Below the pieces are notes generated by a model. That model worked only from the letters and a program-made list of their open reading frames with translations. It ran no database searches and was not told the DNA's origin. A stretch of DNA of 52,842 bases from Methylotenera sp. (lineage in GTDB: Bacteria > Pseudomonadota > Gammaproteobacteria > Burkholderiales > Methylophilaceae): assembly GCA_020035195.1 (NCBI GenBank), contig JAIQBT010000064.1:1-52842 (forward strand), given 5' to 3'. The stretch's first letter is position 1. Each line of letters starts with the position of its first letter. Of the stretch, positions 10,665-21,445 are shown one piece after another. The translations under genes were made by a program, and so were the position numbers.

Positions 10665-11625
10665 CCCTCAACTCTATTCTGACGGCCAACTGCGCCACCT
10701 GCTATCCATAGAAGGCTTACCAAAAAAGATATTGAATCAAATTTTAGACACGGCTGAATCCTTTGTTGGGGTGGCCGAGCGTGAAGTAAAAAAAGTGCCT
10801 TTGTTACGAGGGAAAACCGTTTGCAATCTTTTTTTTGAAAACAGCACACGCACGCGCACCACTTTTGAAATTGCCGCCAAACGCCTGTCGGCCGATGTTA
10901 TCAGCCTAAATGTCAACACCTCTTCGCAATCTAAAGGCGAAACCATTTTAGACACGGTGGACAACTTGATCGCCATGCATGCCGACATGTTTGTGGTCCG
11001 CCATGCGCAATCGGGGGCCGCGCATTTTATTGCCAAACACGTGCCTGACCATATCCACATCATCAATGCCGGTGACGGTAGGCACTCGCACCCTACCCAA
11101 GGTTTATTAGACGTCTTCACCATACGCAAATACAAACCCGATTTACATAATCTGCGCGTGGCCATCGTTGGCGACATACTGCACTCTAGAGTAGCACGCT
11201 CAGAGATACATGCCCTGACCACCTTAGGCGTGCCCGAAGTGCGGGTGATCGCCCCTAAAACGCTGTTGCCTGCAGAAGTGGGAAAACTAGGCGTGCATGT
11301 GTACCATGACATGCGTGCAGGACTTAAAGACGTGGACGTGGTCATGATGTTGCGTTTGCAAAATGAGCGCATGACGGGGGCTATGCTACCGAGCGCGCAA
11401 GAGTATTTCAAAACCTACGGCCTCAGCCAAGAAAAATTAAGCCTAGCAAAACCTGATGCCATCGTCTTGCACCCTGGCCCCATGAACCGTGGCGTAGAAA
11501 TTGATTCCGGCGTGGCCGATGGCCAGCAATCGGTTATTCTGCCGCAGGTGACCTACGGCATTGCCATACGCATGGCGGTCATGGCCATACTGGCCGGCGG
11601 CCAACCCTCAGGAAACCCATCATGA
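10657..11625 (+). CDS. pyrB: aspartate carbamoyltransferase catalytic subunit
   Basis: [36 protein letters not shown]. Confidence 0.97.
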   Translation: MNNPQLYSDGQLRHLLSIEGLPKKILNQILDTAESFVGVAEREVKKVPLLRGKTVCNLFFENSTRTRTTFEIAAKRLSADVISLNVNTSSQSKGETILDTVDNLIAMHADMFVVRHAQSGAAHFIAKHVPDHIHIINAGDGRHSHPTQGLLDVFTIRKYKPDLHNLRVAIVGDILHSRVARSEIHALTTLGVPEVRVIAPKTLLPAEVGKLGVHVYHDMRAGLKDVDVVMMLRLQNERMTGAMLPSAQEYFKTYGLSQEKLSLAKPDAIVLHPGPMNRGVEIDSGVADGQQSVILPQVTYGIAIRMAVMAILAGGQPSGNPS

Positions 11626-12896
11626 AGATCCACATTAAAAATGGGCGCGTCATTGACCCTAAAACCAAGCTGGACAGTCAAATAGACGTCTACATAGGCG
11701 CAGGTAAAATTCTTGCCTTGGGCGATGCCCCTGCAGGCTTTATTGCTAACCAAACCATAGACGCAAGCAAGCTGATAGTTTGCCCTGGCCTGGTCGATTT
11801 ATCCGCCAGATTGCGTGAGCCTGGCGAGGAATACAAAGCCACCCTGGTCAGTGAGTTACAAGCCGCGGTGGCTGGTGGGGTTACCAGCCTGGCCTGCCCA
11901 CCGGATACCGATCCGGTGTTGGATGAGCCTGGCCTAGTCAAAATGCTAAAACACCGCGCCAAACAACTTAACCTAGCTCACGTATACCCGTTAGGCGCCT
12001 TGACCAGGCAACTCAAAGGGGAAGTGCTGGCAGAAATGGGTGAATTGCGTGAAGCTGGCTGCGTGGGATTTTCTCAAGCCAACCTTGCCATTACCGACAC
12101 GCAAGTGTTATGGCGGGCCATGGAATACGCGGCCACCTTCGGCTACACCCTATTTTTGCATGCAGAAGAAGCGTTTCTGGCTAAGGATGGCGTTGCCCAT
12201 GACGGTGAAGTTGCCAGCAGATTAGGTCTCAAAGGCATACCTAGCGCGGCCGAAGCACTGGCCTTGGCAAGCATACTGCGCATCGCCAAAGAGACTGGCG
12301 CCAAAGTCCACATCAGCCGCCTATCGACCGCTGAAGGCGTGAGCATGATACGCGACGCGAAAAAACAAGGCTTGCACATCAGTTGCGACGTCAGCGCCAA
12401 CCACATCCACCTGACTGAGCATGACTTAGCTTACTTTGATAGCAATTGCCATCTCAAACCACCCTTGCGCAGCCAACGGGATAAAGAGGCCATAGTCAGC
12501 GGTCTAAAAGACGGGACCATAGACGCTATTTGTTCAGACCACACACCCGTGGATGACGATGCAAAATTAGCCCCGTTTGCCGAAGCTGAGATTGGTGCTA
12601 GCGGCTTGGAACTCTTGCTAACATTGACTTTAAAGTGGGCGAATCAGGAAAAAGTTAGCCTAGTCAGCGCCCTTGGCTTAATCAGCAGCGCCTCTGCCAA
12701 CATTTTAGGCATAGCCGCTGGTAATTTATCCCCCAATAGCGATGCCGACATCTGTATATTTGACCCATCGCTATACTGGAAAGTGGAAGCCAGCAGCCTA
12801 AAAAGTCAGGGCAAGAACAGCCCGTTTACTGGCCTAGAAATGGCCGGCAAGGTTAAGTACACCTTGGTGAACGGCCAGCTTGTTTACCAATCCTAA
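11622..12896 (+). CDS. pyrC: dihydroorotase-like ATCase structural subunit (PyrC'/PyrX, probably inactive)
   Basis: Amidohydrolase fold ([14 protein letters not shown]). [10 protein letters not shown] replaces the metal-binding DxHxHxREPG. Confidence 0.9.
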   Translation: MKIHIKNGRVIDPKTKLDSQIDVYIGAGKILALGDAPAGFIANQTIDASKLIVCPGLVDLSARLREPGEEYKATLVSELQAAVAGGVTSLACPPDTDPVLDEPGLVKMLKHRAKQLNLAHVYPLGALTRQLKGEVLAEMGELREAGCVGFSQANLAITDTQVLWRAMEYAATFGYTLFLHAEEAFLAKDGVAHDGEVASRLGLKGIPSAAEALALASILRIAKETGAKVHISRLSTAEGVSMIRDAKKQGLHISCDVSANHIHLTEHDLAYFDSNCHLKPPLRSQRDKEAIVSGLKDGTIDAICSDHTPVDDDAKLAPFAEAEIGASGLELLLTLTLKWANQEKVSLVSALGLISSASANILGIAAGNLSPNSDADICIFDPSLYWKVEASSLKSQGKNSPFTGLEMAGKVKYTLVNGQLVYQS

Positions 12897-13010
12897 TTAA
12901 AAAAAACAAGTAGGAATGCTAGTTAAACGAGGCAAGATTTAGCCCACCATCCTTCGGCGAGACTGCAGCCAGAAGCTGGGCCACAACAAAAATTTGAAAC
13001 GTGATAAATT

Positions 13011-13691
13011 ATGACCTCAATTAGCTATCGCTTGCAAGCTATTCTAAGCACCATCCAAGCAGCAAGGCAAATAGCTCATGCCAACCAAGCAGTGCAATTG
13101 CTGGCTGTGAGTAAAGCACAATCTGCAGCGGCTATACGAGAAGCCTACGCAGTTGGGCAAAGGAAATTTGGTGAAAACTACTTGCAAGAGGCCTTAGATA
13201 AGCAAGTTCAATTGAGCGACTTAACCATACAATGGCATTTTATTGGCCCTATACAAAGCAACAAAACACAAGCGATCGCCCAACATTTTGATTGGGTGCA
13301 CAGTGTCGATAGACTAAAAATAGCGCAGCGTTTAAGTGACGCCAGATCGAGCAACAGTCAGCCTTTGCAAATCTGCGTGCAAGTAAACATCAGTAACGAA
13401 GCCAGCAAAAGTGGCGTGCTGCCTGCCGATTTAGCAAACACAGTGGCCGACATAGCCAAACTGCCCAACTTGCAATTGCGCGGTCTAATGGCCATCCCCG
13501 CACCGAGCCAAGACCCAAATGTACAACGCCAGCAATTCAAACAAGTACGGCAATGTTATGATAACTTGTTAGCTGAGGGCTTTGCCTTGGACACCTTATC
13601 CATAGGCATGTCGGACGATTATGCTGTTGCTATTGAACAAGGTGCAACCATAGTGCGCATCGGCTCGGCTTTGTTTGGTGCCAGAAACTAA
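13011..13691 (+). CDS. yggS: PLP homeostasis protein YggS
   Basis: LLAVSK, FGENYLQEA, WHFIGPIQSNK, LSIGMSDD, VRIGSALFGAR. Confidence 0.96.
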   Translation: MTSISYRLQAILSTIQAARQIAHANQAVQLLAVSKAQSAAAIREAYAVGQRKFGENYLQEALDKQVQLSDLTIQWHFIGPIQSNKTQAIAQHFDWVHSVDRLKIAQRLSDARSSNSQPLQICVQVNISNEASKSGVLPADLANTVADIAKLPNLQLRGLMAIPAPSQDPNVQRQQFKQVRQCYDNLLAEGFALDTLSIGMSDDYAVAIEQGATIVRIGSALFGARN

Positions 13692-13725
13692 ACAGGCCGC
13701 TTACTTTGAAGGATTAGGTCCACAC

Positions 13726-14547
13726 ATGAATCAAACTATGCACATCAGCTTTATCGGTGGCGGCAACATGGCCAGCGCAATCCTAGGCGGCTTAAAAAAA
13801 CAGGCGTTTAACATGAGCGCGATCTGCGTGATTGAACCCGACGCAGAAAAGCGCCTGGGCTTAAGCAAGCAATTTGGCGTAGCGACTGCACAGCACATAG
13901 CCGACATACCAACGGCATCGCAGGTGCTGGTGTTAGCCATCAAACCGCAACAGATGCAAGCTGTCTGCACACAACTGAATGGCCAACTTAAGCAACAACT
14001 GGTTATTTCAATCGCGGCCGGGATACGCACCAAGGAGCTTAGCCGTTGGCTACATGGCCATGCCGCCATAGTCCGCGTCATGCCCAACACGCCAGCACAA
14101 ATTCAAGCCGGCGTATCTGCCCTGTATGCTTTGCCAAGCGTTAATGCATCACAGCGTGAGCAAGCAAAAAGCATATTAGCCGCGGTGGGAACTAGCCTGT
14201 GGTTGGACGAGGAAGAGAAAATGGATGCCGTGACCGCTATTTCCGGTAGCGGCCCAGCCTACGTCTTCTATTTGATTGAAGCCTTACAGGATGCCGCCAT
14301 CAATTTAGGGCTGGCGCCTGAAGATGCCAAACTATTAGCCTTGGAAACCTTTGCTGGTGCTAGTTTGCTGGCTAGGCAATCAACAGTCGATATTCAAGAA
14401 TTGCGCGCGCAAGTGACCTCCAAAGGCGGCACCACTGAACAAGGCATACATAGCCTAGAGTCTGCCCACATTAAAGACATTATTTTGGCGGCGGCCAGGG
14501 CGGCGGCCAAAAAATCCAAACTACTAGGGGACGAGCTTGCTGATTAA
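13726..14547 (+). CDS. proC: pyrroline-5-carboxylate reductase
   Basis: FIGGGNMA, LAIKPQ, RVMPNTP, SGSGPAY, VTSKGGTT; start likely ATG 13726 or 13738. Confidence 0.95.
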   Translation: MNQTMHISFIGGGNMASAILGGLKKQAFNMSAICVIEPDAEKRLGLSKQFGVATAQHIADIPTASQVLVLAIKPQQMQAVCTQLNGQLKQQLVISIAAGIRTKELSRWLHGHAAIVRVMPNTPAQIQAGVSALYALPSVNASQREQAKSILAAVGTSLWLDEEEKMDAVTAISGSGPAYVFYLIEALQDAAINLGLAPEDAKLLALETFAGASLLARQSTVDIQELRAQVTSKGGTTEQGIHSLESAHIKDIILAAARAAAKKSKLLGDELAD

Positions 14548-15127
14548 TGCCTTGCTGTTTTTACTGCACACCCTATTGGGCTTGTTGACCTGCTTGTTTT
14601 TATTACGCTTTTATTTTCAACTGTGCAAAGTGTCTTTCCAAAACCCAGCCGCAGAATGGGTGATCGCCTTAACTCAATTTGCCGTTAAGCCAACACGCCG
14701 CATCTTGGCTGCTTTTAAAAATTTTGGTTTTAGCCGCGCGGATATATCCACCTTAGCCTTGGCTTACTTGACACAACTGGCCTTGTTTACCTTGAGCTTG
14801 TGGTTAAAAGACTTCCCCTTAGTCGTCGCCGGCAGCAGCATCTGGCCCAGCCTTCTTGGCTTAGCCTTGCTGGGTGTGATCAATATAAGCCTCACTATTT
14901 TCCTGTATGCGGTGTTGCTGCAGGCGGTTTTAAGCTGGCTTAACCCGCACACATTGCTGGCGCCTTTACTTCACTCGCTGACTGACCCCATACTCAGTCG
15001 CATGCGCAAATTCATTCGCCCGATAGGGCATGTGGATATCAGCCCATTGGTGTTTGTGATCGGCGCGCAATTGGTGCTAGCCACCATAGCCCTGCCTTTA
15101 GAAAACCATTTATTAGCTTCATTATAA
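14537..15127 (+). CDS. yggT: YggT family membrane protein
   Basis: Two YGGT repeats (LLRFYFQ...NP; LSWLNP...LTDPIL...DISPL); yggS-proC-yggT order. Confidence 0.9.
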   Translation: MLINALLFLLHTLLGLLTCLFLLRFYFQLCKVSFQNPAAEWVIALTQFAVKPTRRILAAFKNFGFSRADISTLALAYLTQLALFTLSLWLKDFPLVVAGSSIWPSLLGLALLGVINISLTIFLYAVLLQAVLSWLNPHTLLAPLLHSLTDPILSRMRKFIRPIGHVDISPLVFVIGAQLVLATIALPLENHLLASL

Positions 15128-15142
15128 AGCCCAGTAGCCATC

Positions 15143-15724
15143 ATGACCCGCATGAACAAGCCCGCAGACGCCACGCACACGCCAGTAAATGCGAGCGGTA
15201 GTTTAGGCATAAAAATAAACGAGTACGCCCAGTGGCGTGAGACGCTGATCAGCACCATCAATGCCTTATTTTTTGCCGACTTTAATCAGCGCTTGCTACC
15301 GAGTGCGCCTGGCCGCACCACCATGTGCCCCACTGAAATATTCGCTAATGACGAACCCGCCTACATAAAGCTTTTGCCCATAGAAACCAAGTTTACCGAT
15401 GCCAGCTTAACCGAGCTAAAAAGTAAACCCGAGCTTTGGCAGAAATTTCTGTTGGATACCAATTCAGCCGAGGCCATGAAAGAAACCTTAAGCGCTTTAG
15501 TCGAAAAAAGAAGTGTGGATTTAGCCACGGCAAAATCACTGGACAAACGGGCAGCCGCTTTGATGGAATCCCACAACCACGCTGAGCTCACCGAGAAAAA
15601 TATATGCGTAGGGGAAGGCGAGGCATTGCAACTGACTGAGCAATTACAGCAACTGGATGACTTGTTACTCAAACTTATGCGCTCAGCCAAATATCACATA
15701 GAGACAAGTTCTTCAGGGGTTTAA
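15143..15724 (+). pseudogene. internally deleted dynamin-like GTPase gene, still open in frame
   Basis: Carries INALFFADFNQRLLPSAPGRTTMCPTE and IKLLPIET motifs of the much longer proteobacterial dynamin-family protein. The P-loop that normally precedes INA is missing, as is most of the body; only 193 aa. Confidence 0.7.
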
Positions 15725-15729
15725 CAGCC

Positions 15730-17181
15730 TTACATCAAGATGATATCAAACGACTCTTGACTGTAGTTAGCCTCGACCTGCAAGGAAATCTGCTTGCCGA
15801 TAAAGTCGGATAAATTGGCTAAACTTTGTGACTCCTCGTCCAGCAGCATGTCTATCACTTTAGGCGCCGCCAGCACCCTGAGTTCTCTGGCATTAAACTG
15901 CCTGGCTTCCCTTAGCAATTCCCGCAAAATTTCGTAGCACACGGTTTGCGCCGTTTTTAACTCGCCACGGCCTTTGCAACTGGCACAGGTCTCACACAGC
16001 ACATGCGCCAAACTTTCACGGGTACGCTTACGCGTCATTTCCACCAAACCCAAGGGGGTAAACCCATTCACCCCAGTGCGGGCGCGGTCTCGCGCGACGG
16101 CCTTTTGCAACTCATCCAAGACAACCTCGCGCTGACTGTCTTCATCCATGTCGATAAAGTCTATGATGATGATGCCACCTAAATTCCGTAAGCGTAATTG
16201 CCTAGCAATCGACTGTGCCGCCTCTAAATTGGTTTTGAATATGGTGTCAGACAGATTCTTGCCACTGACAAAACTGCCGGTGTTCACATCGACCGTGGTT
16301 AAGGCTTCCGTTTGATCGAAAATTAAATAGCCGCCCGATTTCAACTCGACCTTGCGCGACATGGCTTTTTCTATTTCTTGCTCTATGCTGTACAAATCAA
16401 ACAGTGGCCGTTCGCCTTGGTAATGCACCAGCTTATCCAATGCCGCGACGGCGTATAAATTAGCGAAATCGACTAATTTTTGATAGGTCTCACTGGAATC
16501 TATGCGGACCATTTCCGTGTCGTCCGACAACACGTCACGCAATACCCGCATAGGCAAATTTAAATCTTGAAAAATCAAGGTACGATCTGCCACGGCCGTG
16601 CTTTTAGCACTGATGTGCTGCCAGGTTTTAGTCAAATAATCGATGTCAGCCAACAACTCCTCATCGCTTGCCGCTTCAGACATGGTGCGAATGATGTAGC
16701 CGCCCACGCGCTTTTCAGGCAACAAACCCAGCAAACGCTGCTTCAACTGCTCACGCTCCGCCTCATCTTCTATGCGTTGCGAGACCCCTATGTGCTCTTG
16801 TTGTGGCAAGTACACCAAAAATCGCCCGGCAATACTGATTTGGGTGGTCAATCTTGCACCCTTGGTGCCTATGGGTTCCTTGATCACTTGCACCATTAGC
16901 GATTGACCTTCATGCAGCACGGACTGAATGGGCAACTGCGTTTCGGATAGGCCGCATTCAAAAATATCACCGGCATGCAAGAATGCCGCCCGCTGTAGGC
17001 CTATTTCCACAAAAGCAGACTGCATGCCTGGCAACACCCGACACACGACCCCGCGGTAAACATTGCCAACCAAGCCCAATGAGGAACTGCGTTCGATTTG
17101 CAATTCCTGCACCACGCCATTCTCCATCATGGCGATGCGCGTTTCTTGCGGGGTTACATTAATTAATATCTCTTCACTCAA
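15730..17181 (-). CDS. rng: ribonuclease G
   Basis: EILINVTPQETR, RVLPGMQSAFVEIG, DVNTG, RLRNLGGIIIIDFIDM. Confidence 0.96.
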   Translation of the reverse strand: MSEEILINVTPQETRIAMMENGVVQELQIERSSSLGLVGNVYRGVVCRVLPGMQSAFVEIGLQRAAFLHAGDIFECGLSETQLPIQSVLHEGQSLMVQVIKEPIGTKGARLTTQISIAGRFLVYLPQQEHIGVSQRIEDEAEREQLKQRLLGLLPEKRVGGYIIRTMSEAASDEELLADIDYLTKTWQHISAKSTAVADRTLIFQDLNLPMRVLRDVLSDDTEMVRIDSSETYQKLVDFANLYAVAALDKLVHYQGERPLFDLYSIEQEIEKAMSRKVELKSGGYLIFDQTEALTTVDVNTGSFVSGKNLSDTIFKTNLEAAQSIARQLRLRNLGGIIIIDFIDMDEDSQREVVLDELQKAVARDRARTGVNGFTPLGLVEMTRKRTRESLAHVLCETCASCKGRGELKTAQTVCYEILRELLREARQFNARELRVLAAPKVIDMLLDEESQSLANLSDFIGKQISLQVEANYSQESFDIILM

Positions 17182-17243
17182 TTGTCATTCTCTTTTAATT
17201 TAATCCGTGCTTGTCAAAATGCAAACCTAGCTTAATGCAGTGC

Positions 17244-17852
17244 TTACAATACGCTTAAACCCTGTGCGCGCAATAACGCCGCTGTTTCATACAGAGGCAA
17301 ACCCATCACCCCAGTATAACTGCCCTCTATACGCTTAATCCAAGCTGCCGCAAGGCCTTGTATGCCGTAACTGCCGGCTTTGTCTCGCGATTCGCCGCTG
17401 GCAAGGTAGGCCTCAATTTGCGCCTCCGACAAGACCATCATTTCCACATTCGTGCATGACCAGGCCAGCTCGATTTTCTGATTAAACACCAATGCCACGG
17501 CCGTGTGCACTTGATGCACACTACCAGACAAACTGGCCAACATGCGGCGTGCATCCTCATCATCAACAGGCTTGCCTAATAGCTGGTCGCCTAAAGCCAC
17601 CGTGGTGTCGGCCGCCAAGACAGGCTGCGTGCTATGGGCTGCGCCCAAAATCAAGCAAGCGGCCCGCGCCTTTTCCTGCGCCAAGCGTTGCACGTAGGCG
17701 GCTGCCGGCTCGCCTACGAGTTGAGTCTCATCAATGTCCGCGGGGGTCACAGCACAAGCCCAACCGAGTTGACTTAAGAGCTCAACCCGACGTGGGCTAC
17801 GTGAGGCTAAATAAAGGGTAGTGCCAGGATAAATTACTGCTTTAGTATTCAA
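17244..17852 (-). CDS. maf: Maf family nucleoside triphosphate pyrophosphatase (YhdE-type)
   Basis: LYLASRSPRR, ADT, LGKP, DKAGSYGIQG, VMGLPL; upstream of rng. Confidence 0.93.
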   Translation of the reverse strand: MNTKAVIYPGTTLYLASRSPRRVELLSQLGWACAVTPADIDETQLVGEPAAAYVQRLAQEKARAACLILGAAHSTQPVLAADTTVALGDQLLGKPVDDEDARRMLASLSGSVHQVHTAVALVFNQKIELAWSCTNVEMMVLSEAQIEAYLASGESRDKAGSYGIQGLAAAWIKRIEGSYTGVMGLPLYETAALLRAQGLSVL

Positions 17853-17922
17853 ACCGCCAGTTCCATGTAAGCGTATAAACGCAATCTTAACAAAGCTTTA
17901 GCGCTGCCAGTGACAATTTTAT

Positions 17923-17953
17923 GCCAGATGCCGGCGAAATGCCGGCATCTGGC
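17923..17953. repeat. perfect 13-bp inverted repeat
   Basis: GCCAGATGCCGGC-gaaat-GCCGGCATCTGGC between divergent maf and nudJ; no U-tract directly adjoining either arm. Confidence 0.85.
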
Positions 17954-18031
17954 CAGTCTGGCGTGCAGATATGCATGGATGGCCTTAGTTTGGGTTAAAA
18001 TAAGCAATCTTTAATCAATACAAGCTAGATT

Positions 18032-18475
18032 ATGCAATGGATGCCCCATGCCACGGTCGCGGCAATCGTAGAAGAGCAAGGCAAATTTTTACTGGTCGAA
18101 GAAGAGACCGATCGCGGCAATCGCTACAACCAACCGGCCGGCCATTTGGAAGACAATGAAACCTTGCTAGATGCGGCAATACGAGAAACCTTGGAAGAAA
18201 CCGCTTACGCATTTAAGCCCACCGCCTTGCTTGGCATTTACCATTGGAAACACGAGCACAACGACAGCACCTATTTACGTTTTGCATTCATAGGCAGTGT
18301 TAGCAATTATCAAGCCACGCGTGCACTGGATGATGGGATAGTGCGTACGGTATGGATGTCGGTAGAAGAAATGCGCAGTAAAGCCATGCTCATGCGTAGC
18401 CCACAAGTCCTAAAGTGCGTGGAAGATTACTTGGCTGGCAAACGCTATCCCCTAGACGTGCTTACCCATTTATAA
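18032..18475 (+). CDS. nudJ: NUDIX hydrolase NudJ-like
   Basis: [18 protein letters not shown]...[10 protein letters not shown] Nudix box, RSP; adjacent to mnmA. Confidence 0.88.
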   Translation: MQWMPHATVAAIVEEQGKFLLVEEETDRGNRYNQPAGHLEDNETLLDAAIRETLEETAYAFKPTALLGIYHWKHEHNDSTYLRFAFIGSVSNYQATRALDDGIVRTVWMSVEEMRSKAMLMRSPQVLKCVEDYLAGKRYPLDVLTHL

Positions 18476-18501
18476 AGCCTGACCTCATCGTACGCAATAA
18501 C

Positions 18502-19617
18502 ATGAATCTAAATACACAAAAAAAGAAAAAAGTGGTGGTTGGCCTCTCTGGCGGCGTTGACTCTTCAGTGACCGCCCTACTCCTAAAGCAACAGGGTTAC
18601 GAGGTCACCGGTCTATTCATGAAAAACTGGGAAGACGATGACACCGATGAATACTGCTCTAGTAAGCAAGATTTACTCGATGCTGTCGCGGTCGCCGACA
18701 AAATAGGCATAGACATAGAAGCGGTCAACTTCAGTACGGAATACAAAGACCGCGTGTTTGCTAATTTCTTAAGCGAATACCAAGCCGGGCGCACCCCCAA
18801 CCCAGACATACTGTGCAATGCGGAAATAAAATTTAAGGCTTTTTTAGACCACGCCATGGGCTTGGGTGCCGATCTTATTGCCACTGGCCACTACGCCAAA
18901 GTGAGAGAAAATCCACTTAAACCCGGCTTATTTCAATTATTAAAAGCCGATGATGGCAGCAAAGACCAAAGTTATTTTTTATACCGACTCAATCAAGCCC
19001 AGCTCAGTAAAACTTTGTTTCCTCTGGGGCAATTGTTGAAACGTGAAGTCCGCGAAATGGCCCGCCAAGCCGGCTTAATTAATGCCGATAAAAAAGATTC
19101 CACCGGCATTTGCTTTATTGGTGAACGGCCCTTTCAAGCCTTTCTTAGCCAGTACTTACCACGCCAACCTGGCGACATCAAAACAGCCGAAGGCAAACTG
19201 GTCGGCAGCCACGAAGGCCTGATGTATTACACCCTAGGTCAACGTCAAGGCTTAAAGATAGGTGGTAGCCGCGACAGCAACGGCGAGCCATGGTTTGTGG
19301 CCGCCAAGGACATGGAAAATAACGTGTTGACTGTGGTGCAAGGCCACGACCACCCGCTATTACTAAGCGATGGCTTATTGGCCAAGCAATTGACCTGGAT
19401 AGACCCCGAAGCGCCTCAGCAAAATTGGGTGTACGGCGCTAAAACCCGTTACCGGCAAGCCGATGCCCCATGTGAGATAGAGCGATTAAACAGCAGCGAA
19501 GTTGAAATAAAATTTGGCCAAAAACAATGGGCCGTGACGCCTGGCCAATCCGCCGTGGTTTACGAAAGCAATGTCTGCCTAGGCGGCGGCATCATTACCA
19601 GCGCGCTGTCCGCCTAA
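18502..19617 (+). CDS. mnmA: tRNA 2-thiouridine(34) synthase
   Basis: [44 protein letters not shown]. Confidence 0.97.
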   Translation: MNLNTQKKKKVVVGLSGGVDSSVTALLLKQQGYEVTGLFMKNWEDDDTDEYCSSKQDLLDAVAVADKIGIDIEAVNFSTEYKDRVFANFLSEYQAGRTPNPDILCNAEIKFKAFLDHAMGLGADLIATGHYAKVRENPLKPGLFQLLKADDGSKDQSYFLYRLNQAQLSKTLFPLGQLLKREVREMARQAGLINADKKDSTGICFIGERPFQAFLSQYLPRQPGDIKTAEGKLVGSHEGLMYYTLGQRQGLKIGGSRDSNGEPWFVAAKDMENNVLTVVQGHDHPLLLSDGLLAKQLTWIDPEAPQQNWVYGAKTRYRQADAPCEIERLNSSEVEIKFGQKQWAVTPGQSAVVYESNVCLGGGIITSALSA

Positions 19618-19636
19618 ACGTTTACTGCAAGGCTAG

Positions 19637-20251
19637 CTAATAAGGGCTAGGCTCGCTGCCTACAAAAGATGGGCGCGCAACCAAGCTTAACTGCAGTCTG
19701 TGCAAATTGGGATAATCCCGCGCCAACTCTATTAGCTGGGCGAAGCGCATAGCGACATACGCCAACATGCAACCCACAGCAATGTCTGCTAAACTAAATT
19801 TGCCAGCCACACACCAAGCATTTTTCCCCAGCGCATCGTTTAGCGCGGCCAATCCGCGGCTAACCTTATCCATTTGCTTAGCCATGGTTGCCGCATCTTG
19901 CGCAGCAGCTAATTTTCGTTGCTCTAGCATAATGGCAACGGCGGCATCGCAAACACCATCGGCTAAGGCTTCCCAGCGGCGCACGGCTATTTTTTCTAGT
20001 GGCGCTTGCGGAATTAAGCCATGCGACGGGCTTAGCTGATCCAAATACTCGACGATCACGCGTGAGTCATATAGACTGCTGCCGTCATCCAATATCAATA
20101 CCGGGACTTTACCCAGTGGGTTGTATTGCTTCACCGGACAATCCGGGTCCAACAAAACCACTGACTGCATGGCCGTAGTCAAGCCCTTTTCTTTGGCAAG
20201 GATGCGCACCTTACGGGCATAAGGGCTGTTGGTGGTGTACAAAAGTTTCAT
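19637..20251 (-). CDS. glutathione S-transferase family protein (YibF-like)
   Basis: SPYARKVR, NPLGKVPVL, YDSRVIVEYLD, FSLADIA. Confidence 0.9.
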   Translation of the reverse strand: MKLLYTTNSPYARKVRILAKEKGLTTAMQSVVLLDPDCPVKQYNPLGKVPVLILDDGSSLYDSRVIVEYLDQLSPSHGLIPQAPLEKIAVRRWEALADGVCDAAVAIMLEQRKLAAAQDAATMAKQMDKVSRGLAALNDALGKNAWCVAGKFSLADIAVGCMLAYVAMRFAQLIELARDYPNLHRLQLSLVARPSFVGSEPSPY

Positions 20252-20367
20252 GCTATTGCTCGGTCTGTTGTATAAAAAAATTGTAGGCTAGCATTATAAT
20301 GCAATCATCGCAGCGCTTAATAAAGCCAGCTCAACATGCTCAACTATTTCAAGAAACACCCTACCCC

Positions 20368-21243
20368 ATGACGGCTAACTCCACCCCACCACCAATGCTA
20401 ACAGACGAGCAAATGGCCTTAATTAAGCAACAAGTGCAATTGGCCATTGCCGAAGACGTGGGCTCAGGTGATTTAACAGCACAACTGGTGCCAGCATCGC
20501 AAACGGCCAGGGCCAGCATCCTAGCTAGAGAAACCGCTGTGATTTGTGGCATAGCGTGGGTAAACACCTGCTTTGCGGAAATAGACCAAACTGTCAGCAT
20601 TAAATGGCTTATTCATGAAGGCGAGAAAGTCGAGCCAAACCAAGTGTTGTGCGAAATTAGCGGCTTAGCTCGATCGATTTTAACTGCCGAACGTTGCGCT
20701 CTGAATTTCCTACAAACCCTGTCTGCCACGGCAAGCCAAACCAGTCTGTACGTTAAGGCCATCGCTGGTACCAAGAGTCAAATTTTAGACACGCGTAAAA
20801 CTATCCCAAATTTAAGGTGGGCACAAAAATATGCCGTCACCGTTGGCGGTGGACAGAATCAGCGCTTGGCTTTGTATGACGGCATTTTAATTAAAGAGAA
20901 TCACATTGCCGCGGCGGGCAGCATAGAGGCCATCCTCAAGCAGGCCAAGGCTTTAAGTGGCGGCAAAAGCATACAGATAGAAGTGGAAAACTTGGCGCAA
21001 CTAAAACAAGCTCTGCATGCCGGCGCTAAAAGCGTCTTGTTGGACAATTTCGATTTAAGTCAATTACAAGCGGCCGTAAATCTCAACCAAGCATCCGGTG
21101 GCCACGCCATCCTCGAGGCCTCCGGTGGCATAGGCTTGGAAAACGTCAGGGACATAGCGCTCACCGGCGTGGACCGCATATCCATAGGAGCCATCACCAA
21201 GAACATCCGAGCAGTAGACTTGTCCATGCGCTTTCATAGCTAG
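20368..21243 (+). CDS. nadC: quinolinate phosphoribosyltransferase
   Basis: EDVGSGDLT, ERCALNFLQTLS, DTRKT, LIKENH, IEVE, LLDN, EASGG; start uncertain. Confidence 0.95.
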   Translation: MTANSTPPPMLTDEQMALIKQQVQLAIAEDVGSGDLTAQLVPASQTARASILARETAVICGIAWVNTCFAEIDQTVSIKWLIHEGEKVEPNQVLCEISGLARSILTAERCALNFLQTLSATASQTSLYVKAIAGTKSQILDTRKTIPNLRWAQKYAVTVGGGQNQRLALYDGILIKENHIAAAGSIEAILKQAKALSGGKSIQIEVENLAQLKQALHAGAKSVLLDNFDLSQLQAAVNLNQASGGHAILEASGGIGLENVRDIALTGVDRISIGAITKNIRAVDLSMRFHS

Positions 21244-21318
21244 CGCATACTGATACCCATTGGGCTTAAGCAAGCTTGCGGCGGCCTCATAAAAACGCCC
21301 ATCCACAGGCTATCGTCC

Positions 21319-21347
21319 TTGACCAAATAGGCTCAAACCGTTATGGT
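21319..21347 (+). promoter_or_regulatory. candidate sigma70 promoter of ilvIHC
   Basis: TTGACC-17 nt-TATGGT about 100 nt upstream of ilvI. Confidence 0.45.
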
Positions 21348-21445
21348 GTAGGGTTGGTATATAAATAGATAAAAAAGTCTCTAATATCGAATAAAAACAA
21401 GCGCTAATTTAGTGCGGACTGAAAATTCAAAGCAAAAAAATAAGC

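Noticed and set aside
21244-21445. ilv leader peptide / attenuator
   Set aside because: No short Ile/Leu/Val-rich ORF or terminator hairpin found; only a plausible sigma70 promoter.
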